Shown: positions 41,545 through 51,441, counted from the first letter of the stretch. The stretch: 64,000 nucleotides of DNA from an uncultured delta proteobacterium (GCA_963699755.1 CAVOVB010000001.1:1152001-1216000); one strand, 5' to 3'. Program-made: numbers and translations. Notes: generated by a model not told the origin, from the sequence alone.

Positions 41545-42320
41545 GCCGAACGCTCGCCGGCCTTGTCGATGCCGGCGCGGGCCTTGTTCATGAGGACGAT
41601 GAGGCTCTCGACGATGCCGATGATCACGTATGCGGCGAGCAGCCAAACCAGCGCCATCGACGGGTGGACCTTGAGAGCGATCCAGACCGTGACGCCGAGC
41701 GCCACGGAAATGAACAGCACCGTGCGCAAATTGAGCTGCAAGTCTTTGAAGGAGCGAAACGGCATCGCGCTCACCATGAAAACCGAAAGTGCCAGCACGA
41801 GAATCGAGATCAGAAATGGTGAGAACGGCAGCTTTCCGGTAAGCGTGTTTGCGACCACGATCGAGATGAGGATTCCGGCTGCGGCGGGGATCGGCAGGCC
41901 TTGCGTGTATTTGTCAGGGCGCTCCGGGTGCCCGTCATCGCTTGTCGAGGTGACATTGAAGCGCGCGAGCCTGATCGCACCTGCAGCGACGTATAGAAAG
42001 CCGATGAACATGCCGGCCGTACGGAGCTCGGAGAGCGACCAGTGATAGACGAGGACGGCGGGCGCGACCCCGAAGGAGATCACGTCGGCGAGAGAGTCGA
42101 GCTGAACCCCGATGGCGGACTGGGTTTTGGTCAGGCGCGCCACTCGGCCGTCGATACCGTCGAAAAAGAGGGCGAAGACGATGAGGAGGGCTGCGCGATA
42201 AAAATCGTCGGAGTCGGGCTGGTCCGATAGAATCAGGAGGGCGTTGTAACCGCAAAGCACACTCGACAGTGTGAAGAGATTGGGAAGAATGAAGAGGCTC
42301 TTCTTTAGGTCGACTTTCAC
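41541..42320 (-). CDS. pssA: CDP-diacylglycerol--serine O-phosphatidyltransferase
   Basis: LPNLFT, DGIDGRVAR...GVQLDSLADVISFGVAPA, RLARFN, GLPIPAAA. Confidence 0.93.
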   Translation of the reverse strand: MKVDLKKSLFILPNLFTLSSVLCGYNALLILSDQPDSDDFYRAALLIVFALFFDGIDGRVARLTKTQSAIGVQLDSLADVISFGVAPAVLVYHWSLSELRTAGMFIGFLYVAAGAIRLARFNVTSTSDDGHPERPDKYTQGLPIPAAAGILISIVVANTLTGKLPFSPFLISILVLALSVFMVSAMPFRSFKDLQLNLRTVLFISVALGVTVWIALKVHPSMALVWLLAAYVIIGIVESLIVLMNKARAGIDKAGERSA

Positions 42321-42399
42321 GCCAGGCTCGACTCCATCCGCAGAAGCAGGGCTCTCACCTTACGAGAACGGGAATTTCGTGTCCAGTCCGTGTGTCGTA

Positions 42400-43230
42400 T
42401 CATGGCGAAGCTGCAGGTAAAAGGCTCGCTTGCTGAACACCGAGCGAGTAATTTCGCAGACGCAGCTGCCCGGTTGATTCATAGAGAGCGCTCAAGGACT
42501 TCGATGCTAGCTCCGGATACCCTCCGAGCAGATCGAAAAGCGCGGCAGCCTCCTCGGTACCAAATCCGCCTGCATCACGGAACGCAAGCAGAGCGTCCCG
42601 GCGCTTCTGCAGCGGCTTGCCCCAGCCGTGCAGCGCGAGCCAACCCCAGTAGGCCTGGCTCTCGATCGGAGAAAAGCCTTCCACGAAAGGTCTTCGATGA
42701 ATCGCGTTCCAGCGAGCCTTGTACATGACGCGAATCGTGAGCGGCGGTGCAACCATCACGCCTTCGTGCAGCGCCCCGTACTGGTTCAGCACTTCGTCGA
42801 ATCCACCGATGATGCCCTGTTCGTCTTCGGTCAGCGGCTCCTCAGCTCGAGCGCTGAGCAGGCGCATGAAGCTTTCGACGGCGTCGGCGCGCATCGCCTC
42901 GAACGCGGGCGCTCCATGCTTCTCTATGAGTGCTCTTGTCGCATGGTGGATCGCGGCCTGGCGTCGTTCGTATTCTCGTCGTTCGTACGGGGGGTTGGCT
43001 TCCGCTCGGCCGTGGTCGAGAAAGAGCGACCGGAGGCTGCGGACCTCGTCGCTGTCGGGCATTTCTTTCGAAAGCGTTTGATCGAGCTCGATGGCGTCCG
43101 CGACGGCGGCTCGATCGAGGACGAGGCTCGGCATCTCCCAGGGGTCGACTGGCTGCGGAGTTGCGAGCGTCACACCCCCCACGGTCGCGGCCACAATCCA
43201 CGAGATCAACTTGAATCCAGCCTCGCTCAC
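42400..43230 (-). CDS. Hypothetical exported helical protein
   Basis: 276-aa ORF with N-terminal hydrophobic segment; fits between pssA and the moaD-moaE gene. Confidence 0.55.
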   Translation of the reverse strand: MSEAGFKLISWIVAATVGGVTLATPQPVDPWEMPSLVLDRAAVADAIELDQTLSKEMPDSDEVRSLRSLFLDHGRAEANPPYERREYERRQAAIHHATRALIEKHGAPAFEAMRADAVESFMRLLSARAEEPLTEDEQGIIGGFDEVLNQYGALHEGVMVAPPLTIRVMYKARWNAIHRRPFVEGFSPIESQAYWGWLALHGWGKPLQKRRDALLAFRDAGGFGTEEAAALFDLLGGYPELASKSLSALYESTGQLRLRNYSLGVQQASLLPAASP

Positions 43231-43299
43231 CTTCGCCGAACTCTATCATGCCGAGCGGGACTGCCCCCATTTCGATGCCTGCTAGGCTTCTCCGGTCTG

Positions 43300-43971
43300 A
43301 TGAAAGTCGAGGTCCACTTCTATGCTGCTGCCAGGGAGCTCGCTGGCTGCTCCAGCGCGACGTTCGAGCTCGTGTCGCAAAACCTGCCACAGGCGGAGCT
43401 GCGTGGCATAGTCGGTGATCGGTTTCCCTCCCTAGCAGCCTTCCTCGAACGCATGCGGCTCGCGGTCAATGGCGACTTCGTCGATGCCGCGCAGATGATT
43501 TGCGACGGTGATCGGGTCGACGTCCTTCCGCCTGTTGCAGGCGGTTCGCCGATCGTTCTTTGCGAGGTCCGCGCCCGAGAGATCTCACTCGACGAGGTTA
43601 GCAAGGCGGTCGAGCATCCCGGGGCCGGCGGCATCTGCATCTTCCAGGGCGTCGTGCGGGATCACGCCGATGGGAAACGAGTGTCCAGACTCGATTACGA
43701 GGCCCATGAGAGCTTGGCGAACAAGGAGATGCGGCGCGTGCTCGAAACGGTCGTCGCTGAACACAGCGGTGTCCGCATCGCCGCAATACATCGGGTCGGC
43801 AAGCTGGGCATCGGTGACGTTGCTGTCTGTGTCGCGGCGAGCGCAGCACACCGAGACGATGCATTCACCGCTTGCCGCAAAGCGATCGATCGGATCAAAG
43901 AGACCGTCCCTCTTTGGAAGAAGGAGTGGGGGCCCGACGGGGAAGCCCACTGGGTGAACCTCGATGGCTAA
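43300..43971 (+). CDS. Fused molybdopterin synthase MoaD-MoaE (MoaX-like)
   Basis: MKVEVHFYAAARE...AVNG...PPVAGG (MoaD), then FQGVVRD, LDYEAH, HRVG, IKETVPLWKKE (MoaE); start ATG 43300. Confidence 0.9.
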   Translation: MKVEVHFYAAARELAGCSSATFELVSQNLPQAELRGIVGDRFPSLAAFLERMRLAVNGDFVDAAQMICDGDRVDVLPPVAGGSPIVLCEVRAREISLDEVSKAVEHPGAGGICIFQGVVRDHADGKRVSRLDYEAHESLANKEMRRVLETVVAEHSGVRIAAIHRVGKLGIGDVAVCVAASAAHRDDAFTACRKAIDRIKETVPLWKKEWGPDGEAHWVNLDG

Positions 43972-45272
43972 GTGCCAGTGAGGCCGCGAAGGTCCGACAG
44001 GAGCGCCTCGCTCAAGACGCCCACGCAAGTCAGATATGCGTCTTTCGGATCGAGATAGCGCCGGACTGCCTGCTGGATGTCGCCTGGGGCGACCCGCTCG
44101 ACTCGATCGGCCACGGTCTCGACGCGTTCGGGGAGATGAAAAAGGGCGCTGCTCCCGATGAAGTGGGATGCATCCTCGGAGTTGTCGCGCACCGTGCGCA
44201 GGTCCCAGAGGTGGCGGCGCTTCGCTTTTTCGATCTCGTCCTCGGTCGGCGGGTGACGACGGAGCTCGGATACGAGCTCGAGTACGGTTTCCACCAGATA
44301 GGGCGCCTTTCTGTGCTCGACCGACGCCCCGAAGTCGAAGACGCCACAATCCTCGAGGGAGTCGTTTCCGGCGAACGCCTCATAGGCCAGGCCTCGTTCT
44401 TCGCAGATCGTTTGATGGACACGCGTGCTCAGCCCGTCGTCGAGCACCCGACCAAGCAAGAGCAGGGCTGGCGCTTCGGAGCTCGAAACCCCCGGCGTGT
44501 GGAACGAAAGGCGCACGTCGGTTTGGCTCCCGTGCTCGTGCACGTACGAGAAGCGCTCTCCTGCTCTGCCCTCGGGCGACCGACTGGGCTCAATTGCGCT
44601 TCCGGACGGCATTCCCTCGAACTCCGCGCGAATCGTTCTCTCGACTTCCGCGCGATCGAAAGCGCCCGTGACACAGAGCACGGAGTTGCGTGCGTTGTAG
44701 TGACGGTTGTGATGCTGCTGGAGGTCGACGGTTTCGAAGCGGTCCAAGTTCTCCACAGGTCCTACGATCGGGAAGCCGAGTGGGTGTTCGGGGTAGAGCA
44801 GTCGTCGAGAAACGTTGTCGACGTCGATCTGCTCGCCTTTCTCGTTGAGGTCTTCGAGGATCTCTTCACGAATGATCTGCTTCTCCGTGCGAAGCTCGCT
44901 CAAGAGCGGCTGCTGCAACACTTCGGCCAGGAGGCCGACGCCCTTGGCAATCGTCTCGGGCGGCAAGCTGAGGTCGTAGCTGGTAAAGTCGACGTGCGTC
45001 GCCGCGTCGAGGGTTCCACCCAGTCGCTCGATCGCGAGGTTGAGATCGTGCGCCGCCGGGTGCACCTCGGTGCCGCGATAGAGCATGTGCTCGAGGAAGT
45101 GGCTCAAACCGTTTGTCTGCTCGGTTTCGTAGCGCGAGCCAACGCGCACGAAGAACGAAACCGTCGCGGACTGAAGGTGAGGCAGAGGAACGAGCCGCAC
45201 CCGAAGCCCGTTCCCGAGCGTCAGCGACTCGGAGGGCAGCCCGGGGAGCCTCGAGCCCTTAGCTACGGCCAT
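43968..45272 (-). CDS. M16 family zinc metallopeptidase
   Basis: GSRYE, HFLEH (HxxEH), EE, EERGLAY; start ATG 45272. Confidence 0.9.
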   Translation of the reverse strand: MAVAKGSRLPGLPSESLTLGNGLRVRLVPLPHLQSATVSFFVRVGSRYETEQTNGLSHFLEHMLYRGTEVHPAAHDLNLAIERLGGTLDAATHVDFTSYDLSLPPETIAKGVGLLAEVLQQPLLSELRTEKQIIREEILEDLNEKGEQIDVDNVSRRLLYPEHPLGFPIVGPVENLDRFETVDLQQHHNRHYNARNSVLCVTGAFDRAEVERTIRAEFEGMPSGSAIEPSRSPEGRAGERFSYVHEHGSQTDVRLSFHTPGVSSSEAPALLLLGRVLDDGLSTRVHQTICEERGLAYEAFAGNDSLEDCGVFDFGASVEHRKAPYLVETVLELVSELRRHPPTEDEIEKAKRRHLWDLRTVRDNSEDASHFIGSSALFHLPERVETVADRVERVAPGDIQQAVRRYLDPKDAYLTCVGVLSEALLSDLRGLTGT

Positions 45273-46866
45273 CCGAGGCTTGAAGTGGGTTGACGCGCAG
45301 TGCCTTGTCGGCCGTTGCCCGAGCGCGTAGCTGCTGGATATAGAGGTCGATGGTCTCTCTTTTTTTGAGTGTCCGAAGAACCTCGCGAGTGGACTCTCGA
45401 ACCGAGTCGGTGAACGCCTCCTCGTCAGGACGCTGTCGATCGATGAGCCGGAAGACGAACCACTCGCGGCCAATCTTCACTGGCGCCCTCGGGAACGTCT
45501 CACCTTGGGGCAAGGAGAACACCGCTTCGAGCAGTGCCGCGGTCGAAACTCCGGGCACGGGGGTGTCGGAGCGACCGAAGTCGACGGTTTCATCGAGCGT
45601 CGGTGTCAGGGCAGACTCGCTGCCTTGCTCGGCTGCAGCCTCTAGGTTCTTTGCGATGGCTTCGTCGTCCTGAGTCGATCGCCAGGAATCGAGGGTGCTG
45701 GCGGCGGCTCGTTGGGCTCGCTCGTCCAACCAATCCGCTCGGTAGAGGCCTTCGGCGAGCTCTCGTTTGGCCTCGTCGACCGGGACGTCTCCCTCGCGGA
45801 TCGCGCTCACTTTGATCACGTGAAAGCCGTATGGGGTTTCCACGACATCGGATACCTCGTCCACCTTCATAGAGAAGAGAGCCGTATCGAACGCTTCGGG
45901 CATTGCGCCCTTGCGGAGGAAGCCGATGTCGCCGCCTTTCTTTGCGGTCACTTGGTCGTCGCTCGTTTCGCTCGCGAGCTTCGCGAAATCTTCACCATTG
46001 GCAGCGCGCCCCCGCAGCGCCTGAGCCCGTTTCTTGGCTTCGGCCTTCTGCTCTTCGCTCGCATAGGACCCTGCCTTGATCAGGATGTGGCGAGCACGAA
46101 CCTGCTTCTCGAGGTTGGTATAGCGGTGTTTGTTGATACCGTACTCGGCGTCCAGTCGGTCTTGGTTCTCCGCGATCCAGGCATCGAGCGCGGCGCCGCT
46201 GGTCGGCGGCATTCGCTGCGCGTAGTAGGCCGGAGCGAAACGGACGTACTTGATCTTCGCGCTGTCGTTTTGGCGGACGTAGTCGTCCCAGACCTCCGCT
46301 TCGCTGACGGTGACCGTCGAAGCGAGGAGCTCGCGCATCTCTGCTGCCAAGTACTCATCGACCTGCGCATCCGCGAACTCGCCGACGCTTCGGCGAAGGC
46401 CGTTCTGGATGTAGCGCTCGGCGAGGTCCTTGTTGAATCTGCCGTCTTTGTCCGTGAAGGAAACCGGAATCTCGCCCTGGGGAAGGATGGGCGGCGCTCC
46501 CACTCCCAGTGACAACAAGATGACGCCCTCGTTGACGAAGCGCGCCATGACCTCTTCCTGGCTTACATCGAATCCCACCTTTCGCGCCTCGCGCGCGAGC
46601 AGGGTGCGGTCGATCAGGCCATCGAGAACCAGTTGGGGCAAGCGCATCGAGCGCTGCGTCTCCTCGGGGAGTCTCCCGAAGTTTGCCACCGAGTACGCCG
46701 CCTCGAAGTCGCCTCTGCTTAGCGTTTGGTCGTAGACCCGCGCGAGGTATGTGCTGCCACCCGCGGCACAGCCTTCGGCCTGACCACCGCCGAACTGCAG
46801 GGCAAACACCGCCGAAAGCAGCACCACGAGAAGAACGAGAAAGAAGCCTTTGAACTTATCAACCAT
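45259..46866 (-). CDS. PpiD/SurA-like membrane-anchored parvulin PPIase chaperone
   Basis: N-terminal TM, SurA-N-like region, VRARHILI, FAKLA, GGDIG, TPYGFHVIKV. Confidence 0.85.
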   Translation of the reverse strand: MVDKFKGFFLVLLVVLLSAVFALQFGGGQAEGCAAGGSTYLARVYDQTLSRGDFEAAYSVANFGRLPEETQRSMRLPQLVLDGLIDRTLLAREARKVGFDVSQEEVMARFVNEGVILLSLGVGAPPILPQGEIPVSFTDKDGRFNKDLAERYIQNGLRRSVGEFADAQVDEYLAAEMRELLASTVTVSEAEVWDDYVRQNDSAKIKYVRFAPAYYAQRMPPTSGAALDAWIAENQDRLDAEYGINKHRYTNLEKQVRARHILIKAGSYASEEQKAEAKKRAQALRGRAANGEDFAKLASETSDDQVTAKKGGDIGFLRKGAMPEAFDTALFSMKVDEVSDVVETPYGFHVIKVSAIREGDVPVDEAKRELAEGLYRADWLDERAQRAAASTLDSWRSTQDDEAIAKNLEAAAEQGSESALTPTLDETVDFGRSDTPVPGVSTAALLEAVFSLPQGETFPRAPVKIGREWFVFRLIDRQRPDEEAFTDSVRESTREVLRTLKKRETIDLYIQQLRARATADKALRVNPLQASDGRS

Positions 46867-47032
46867 CGCCAATTTCCGCTGAAGAGGCCGAACCATAGAG
46901 GAGACGTTGGCCCGCGGCAAACAGTGGTCTTTGGGGCCCTGCTCGGCCCGAGAGTTGGCGTGATCGGTCAGGGCTTCTACACTCCGGCCTCGGGTGCGCG
47001 GAGCGCATTGGACTGGGGAAAGTGAGGCGTAT

Positions 47033-47617
47033 GTGACCCAGGGCTCGAGCCTACCGCCACTGAAGAGCAACGAGAGCAAATACGGCATCGTCGCACTGCT
47101 GCTACTGCTCGTTGCTGGAGCCATTTGGTTCTTTGCCAAGAGCTGCGAATCCGGCCCCGAGGCCGAGCCCGTCGAGGTCAAGCCCGCGGTCGTGACCAGG
47201 GAGCAGTTCGCTCCCGAGATCGAAATCCCGGAAGAAGACGCGGGCCTCAGCGACAGCGCAGAATCGGCGCCGGATGCAAGGCCCACGCAAGGACAGACCC
47301 CTCCGTCGGAGTGGATCTGCAACGGCTCACTCACCGCCGCGGAGCTCAGTGCGGTGATCCGTGGACAACCGAGCAAGCAGGTGCAGGCCTGCTACGAGCG
47401 AGGACTCAAGGACGACAACATGCTTCAGGGCACGATGAAGCTCTTGCTCACCATCGGTGCGAGCGGTGGCGTGAAGGCCGTCGAGGTGAGCGGCTCACTC
47501 AAGGACCCGCAGGTCTACGGCTGCGTGAAGCGCGTTGCGAAGACTTGGAAGTTCCCGAAGCCGCGAGACGGTTGCGTGCGTACGGAAGTTCCGTTCCAGA
47601 TGACACCGAAGCTCTGA
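47033..47617 (+). CDS. AgmX/PglI C-terminal (TonB-C-like) domain membrane protein
   Basis: One TM, acidic/Pro linker, VQACYERGLK...G...IGASGGV...CV...WKFPKP...VPF; GTG 47033 with upstream gagg. Confidence 0.78.
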   Translation: MTQGSSLPPLKSNESKYGIVALLLLLVAGAIWFFAKSCESGPEAEPVEVKPAVVTREQFAPEIEIPEEDAGLSDSAESAPDARPTQGQTPPSEWICNGSLTAAELSAVIRGQPSKQVQACYERGLKDDNMLQGTMKLLLTIGASGGVKAVEVSGSLKDPQVYGCVKRVAKTWKFPKPRDGCVRTEVPFQMTPKL

Positions 47618-47622
47618 GCCGC

Positions 47623-48654
47623 TCAGGCGTTCGCGAAACGAAGGACGTCGGCGACGTCGTCTGGGCTGCCCAAGAAAACGGGCGTGCGCTGGTGCAGCTC
47701 TTTGGGCTGGATCGTGAGGATTCGGTTCATACCGTCCGAGGCGGCGCCGCCTGCGGCTTCGACAAGAAATGCCATCGGCGAGGCTTCGTAGAGAAGCCGG
47801 AGCTTGCCGTTCGCGTTCTTCGCATCGCGCGGATAGACGAAAACCCCGCCGCGAAGAAGGGTCCTGTGCACGTCCGCAACCATCGCGCCGATGTAGCGAA
47901 GGCGATAGGCCTGCTTGTTTTCGGACGGAGTCTTGATCCAGTCGACCCAACTCTGAATGTGTTTGTCCCAGCTGTGGTAGTTGCCCTCGTTGATCGAGTA
48001 GGTGCCGCCGCGCTTGGGAACCTTGATGTTCGGGTGCGATAGGAAGAACTCGCCGACGCCGGGATCATAGGTGAAGCCGTCTACTTGATCGCCTGTAGAG
48101 TAGACCAACATGTTGGACGAGCCGTAGATCACATAACCAGCAGCCACGATGTCGATCCCAGGCTGCAAGAGGTCCTTGAGGCTTCCTGGCTCGCCCTCGG
48201 GTGTGAGACGGCGATGAATCGAAAAGATCGTGCCGATCGATGCGTTGATGTCGATGTTGCCTGAGCCATCGAGAGGGTCGAACTGAAGGACGTACTTGCC
48301 CTGCGGGTACTGCGAGGGAATTTGAATGGGCTCTTCGACCTCTTCGCTTCCCATGACGCAGACGTGACCGCCGGCCTCGACCGTGCTCACGATCGTACGG
48401 TTGGCGAAATCGTCGAGCTTTTGGACCTGCTCGCCCTGCACGTTCGTCGCGCCTGTCCGCCCGAGGATCCCTGAGAGGCCCGCTTTGCTGACCCGGCTGC
48501 CTATGATCTTGGCGGCAAGGCTGATCTGTTGGAAAAGTCCTGTAAAATCGCCGGTGGCCTCGGGCATGCGGCGCTGCCGATCGAGCAGGTGCCGCTCGAG
48601 GGTGGTTCCGATGGGACTGAGCAGCGCGGGGCCGATCGACGGTCGGTTAGACAT
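47623..48654 (-). CDS. fbp: Fructose-1,6-bisphosphatase class 1
   Basis: NVQGEQVQKLD, SEE, FDPLDGSGN, YSINEGN, RYIGAMVAD, GKLRLLYE. Confidence 0.95.
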   Translation of the reverse strand: MSNRPSIGPALLSPIGTTLERHLLDRQRRMPEATGDFTGLFQQISLAAKIIGSRVSKAGLSGILGRTGATNVQGEQVQKLDDFANRTIVSTVEAGGHVCVMGSEEVEEPIQIPSQYPQGKYVLQFDPLDGSGNIDINASIGTIFSIHRRLTPEGEPGSLKDLLQPGIDIVAAGYVIYGSSNMLVYSTGDQVDGFTYDPGVGEFFLSHPNIKVPKRGGTYSINEGNYHSWDKHIQSWVDWIKTPSENKQAYRLRYIGAMVADVHRTLLRGGVFVYPRDAKNANGKLRLLYEASPMAFLVEAAGGAASDGMNRILTIQPKELHQRTPVFLGSPDDVADVLRFANA

Positions 48655-48757
48655 CGCTGCGGGGCATACCAGAGGCCTCCGAGCCGCGCCAGGAGCTGCA
48701 AAAGCAGGGTGGCAGGTCACTCTTGTATTGTTGTAAACTTACCGTGATGGGGCATCT

Positions 48758-49555
48758 GTGACGAACTTCCGCAACTGGCTGAAGGACACCCAAGAGCGGA
48801 GAGCGGGCACGCCCCGCTTTCGCACGATGCTAGGCCTTCCGGATGTGCTCAGCCTTGGCAACCTGAGCGTCGTGTATCAGCCGATCGTCTCCCTCAAGAC
48901 GATGGAGCCATTCGCTCACGAGGCATTGGTTCGGAGCAACTCGCCGCACTGGATCAACCCACCGAAGCTCTTCGACGAGGCGATTCAGTCTCGATGCGTG
49001 GGTGCGCTCGGCCGCGCGATTCGCGAGCTTTCAATTACACATTGCCCTGGCATGCCGCTCTTTCTCAACGTGCATCCGAACGAATTCGATGAGTCCTGGT
49101 TGGTGCAGCCCGATGATCCGATCTTCACGCATGACTTGCCGATCTATCTCGAGGTGACGGAGTCGGTCCCACTGACCCACTTCGCGTACTGTCACAGCGT
49201 CCTTCGCGAGATTCGCGGCAAGGGAGTCGCACTCGCAGTCGATGACCTCGGCGCTGGCTACTCGAACTTGAAGTATATCGCCGACCTCAAACCCGAAGTA
49301 GTGAAGCTCGATCGAGCCCTGATCGCAGACCTTGCAGACGATCGCCGCGCACAGGTTCTCGTTCGCCACATCGTGCAACTTTGCCACGAGCTCGGTGCGC
49401 GCGTGGTTGCTGAAGGCATCGAGCAGGAAACCGAGATGAAGGTAGTCATCGACTGTGGTGCGGACTACGGCCAAGGCTACTACTTCGCGCGTCCGGCTTA
49501 TCCGGCGCCTGGAGTCAGCGAAGCGCCGCTCGAAGTGATTCGCAAAGGTGCCTAG
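48758..49555 (+). CDS. Stand-alone EAL c-di-GMP phosphodiesterase
   Basis: YQPI, EALVR, FLN, EVTE, DDLGAGYS, KLDR, EGIE, QGY all present. Confidence 0.9.
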   Translation: MTNFRNWLKDTQERRAGTPRFRTMLGLPDVLSLGNLSVVYQPIVSLKTMEPFAHEALVRSNSPHWINPPKLFDEAIQSRCVGALGRAIRELSITHCPGMPLFLNVHPNEFDESWLVQPDDPIFTHDLPIYLEVTESVPLTHFAYCHSVLREIRGKGVALAVDDLGAGYSNLKYIADLKPEVVKLDRALIADLADDRRAQVLVRHIVQLCHELGARVVAEGIEQETEMKVVIDCGADYGQGYYFARPAYPAPGVSEAPLEVIRKGA

Positions 49556-49565
49556 CGAGCGCGCT

Positions 49566-51206
49566 TCAAAAGGGGACGGACTGATAGCTGACGTCCCCGG
49601 CCTCGTGACCTTGGACCTGGAGAATTGCGCTCACCTGCTGCCCGTTCGGTCCACGCTGCATCGACACGACGAGGTCGACCGCGCTCGCGAGCAGCTGCGC
49701 AACGTAGGTTCGGTGGGCTCCGGTAGAGCCGGCGGCCAGCATCAGGCCCTCTATGGCGTCCTTGGTGCTCCAGCAATGTACGCCGAGGAGGTGACCCGGA
49801 TCGCGACCGAGCACCGCGGTCAGAGCAGTCATCGTGTCGGGTCCACAGAGGTCGTTGATGACGAGATGATCGGCGTGAAGACGCGCTCCATGAGCGATCG
49901 CCTCGCCAAGCGGAATGCCCGAATCGGCGGCGGTTAGGGAAATCAATCGGTCTCGATCGATGTCGAGCTCCGGAGTGGCCTCCACGGTGACGATGTTTTC
50001 GCTTGCCGGAAGCTCACGAACAAGCGCGGACATCACCTCGGCGACGCCCGAGCCCCGAGGCCCCGCGACGACGATGTTGCGGCACTCCGCGACGGCCTTG
50101 GCCAGGTACGTCGCCGCATCGGCACTCATCCAACCCTGCTCGGCGAGTTGCTCGAGCGAGCTGGCGTTGTGGATGCGAAGCTCGATCACGGTGGCGCTCA
50201 TCACCAGGGGCGGCTGCATGATCGTCAGGCTCGGGCCGAACGAAAGCCGCCCGTGAAGCACCGATCGGCCTTCGAGCGACTGACCGCTCTCCGCCGCAAG
50301 GCGTCGCGCGACTCTCTGGAGTGCGGTCTCCGAAGAGAACTTCGACGTTGCCGCCCGCAGGCCTTCGCCCTTGTCGACGAAGATGTGTTCCGGCCCGTTC
50401 ACGACGATCGTGCGAACCGATTCGTTGGAGAGCAAATCATCGAGAGCCCCCAATCCCACCGCCTCGTGCAGGGCCGCATGCGCCACGCCGCGCATGTCCA
50501 AGTCGGCATGAACTAGGCCGTCGGTCTGCATTGCGAGGAACGTCTCCGCGATCGCCGCGCGCGCAGCGGACCAGCGTTCCTGGTTCTTCATGGCCGCAGG
50601 GTCGACGTCGTCCATGTCAATGCGTTCGGCGAGACGGCTGAGCAAGGTGTTCAACGGATCGCCTATCGAAATCGCCGTCTCGGTTTTCGCACGAGCGCGG
50701 GGCATTGACGTCTCTCGGCGTTGAACGCGGGGAGGGCTTGCCGTCGCCCGCGCGTCCGGCAGCAGTCCCGTCACGCTCGAACCCCCCGGCGTCGCCCGCC
50801 TCGCTGCAATCGTACGCCGGATCGGAACCGAGGTGGCGACCGGCATGGGAGGCTTGTCAGGCAGCGGAGGCGGTTCCGAAACTCGGGGCATCGAGCCCGC
50901 CGTCTCCGAGCGTTCGTCCGTGGCTTCGAGCGTAATGATGAAGTCGGCGATGTAGATCTTGTCGCCCTGTTTCAATGTTTGAGCCGAGGTGATCTTTCGA
51001 CCGTTGACCCAGGTTCCGTTCGTGCTGTTCAGATCGACGACAACTGGTTGCTCGTTCTCGAGCGTTAGGCGCGCGTGCTGCTTGGAAACGTTGCGCTTCG
51101 ACAGGACGATGTCGTTGCCTTGGACGCGACCCACCGTCAGCTCCGGCTTCGAGAAATCAAGCCTACGCCGGACGCCGCCCTCATCGGTGATCACAACCGC
51201 GTACAT
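49566..51206 (-). CDS. FHA domain + CpaF/TadA-like secretion ATPase fold with degenerate motifs
   Basis: FHA: GR..GNDIVL...VSKQHA...DLNSTNGT; CpaF-like GLGALDDLL...IVVNGPEHIFV; Walker A reads GPRGSGVA. Confidence 0.8.
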   Translation of the reverse strand: MYAVVITDEGGVRRRLDFSKPELTVGRVQGNDIVLSKRNVSKQHARLTLENEQPVVVDLNSTNGTWVNGRKITSAQTLKQGDKIYIADFIITLEATDERSETAGSMPRVSEPPPLPDKPPMPVATSVPIRRTIAARRATPGGSSVTGLLPDARATASPPRVQRRETSMPRARAKTETAISIGDPLNTLLSRLAERIDMDDVDPAAMKNQERWSAARAAIAETFLAMQTDGLVHADLDMRGVAHAALHEAVGLGALDDLLSNESVRTIVVNGPEHIFVDKGEGLRAATSKFSSETALQRVARRLAAESGQSLEGRSVLHGRLSFGPSLTIMQPPLVMSATVIELRIHNASSLEQLAEQGWMSADAATYLAKAVAECRNIVVAGPRGSGVAEVMSALVRELPASENIVTVEATPELDIDRDRLISLTAADSGIPLGEAIAHGARLHADHLVINDLCGPDTMTALTAVLGRDPGHLLGVHCWSTKDAIEGLMLAAGSTGAHRTYVAQLLASAVDLVVSMQRGPNGQQVSAILQVQGHEAGDVSYQSVPF

Positions 51207-51441
51207 CCCCTTCGTCCATTCAAGAGGCGGCTGAGCCTGGCGTCAAGTCATTGCCGATTCTCGCCCCAGCGGCTAAGCGCTCCTCAGACTGGCGCGGCCC
51301 TGCTTCATTCGTATAAGCAACTAGAATTATGAGCTTTTCACAGACAGCCATCTCCGGTTCAGGTCAGCTAGGGTTAAGAAATTACCCCGCTTGGCCTGAA
51401 TCCGTACCACCAAAGGGGTCAACTGGGGTAGCTTACGCGGC

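Noticed and set aside
42628..43299. Long N-terminal extension of MoaD-MoaE, and similar extensions on ppiD-like, ccmB, otsA, hemW, pdhA and the 16722 ORF
   Set aside because: The extensions overlap neighbouring genes; family similarity begins at downstream starts
51290..51304. TGGCGC...TGCT sigma54-like promoter
   Set aside because: GG-to-GC spacing is 9 nt rather than the required 10
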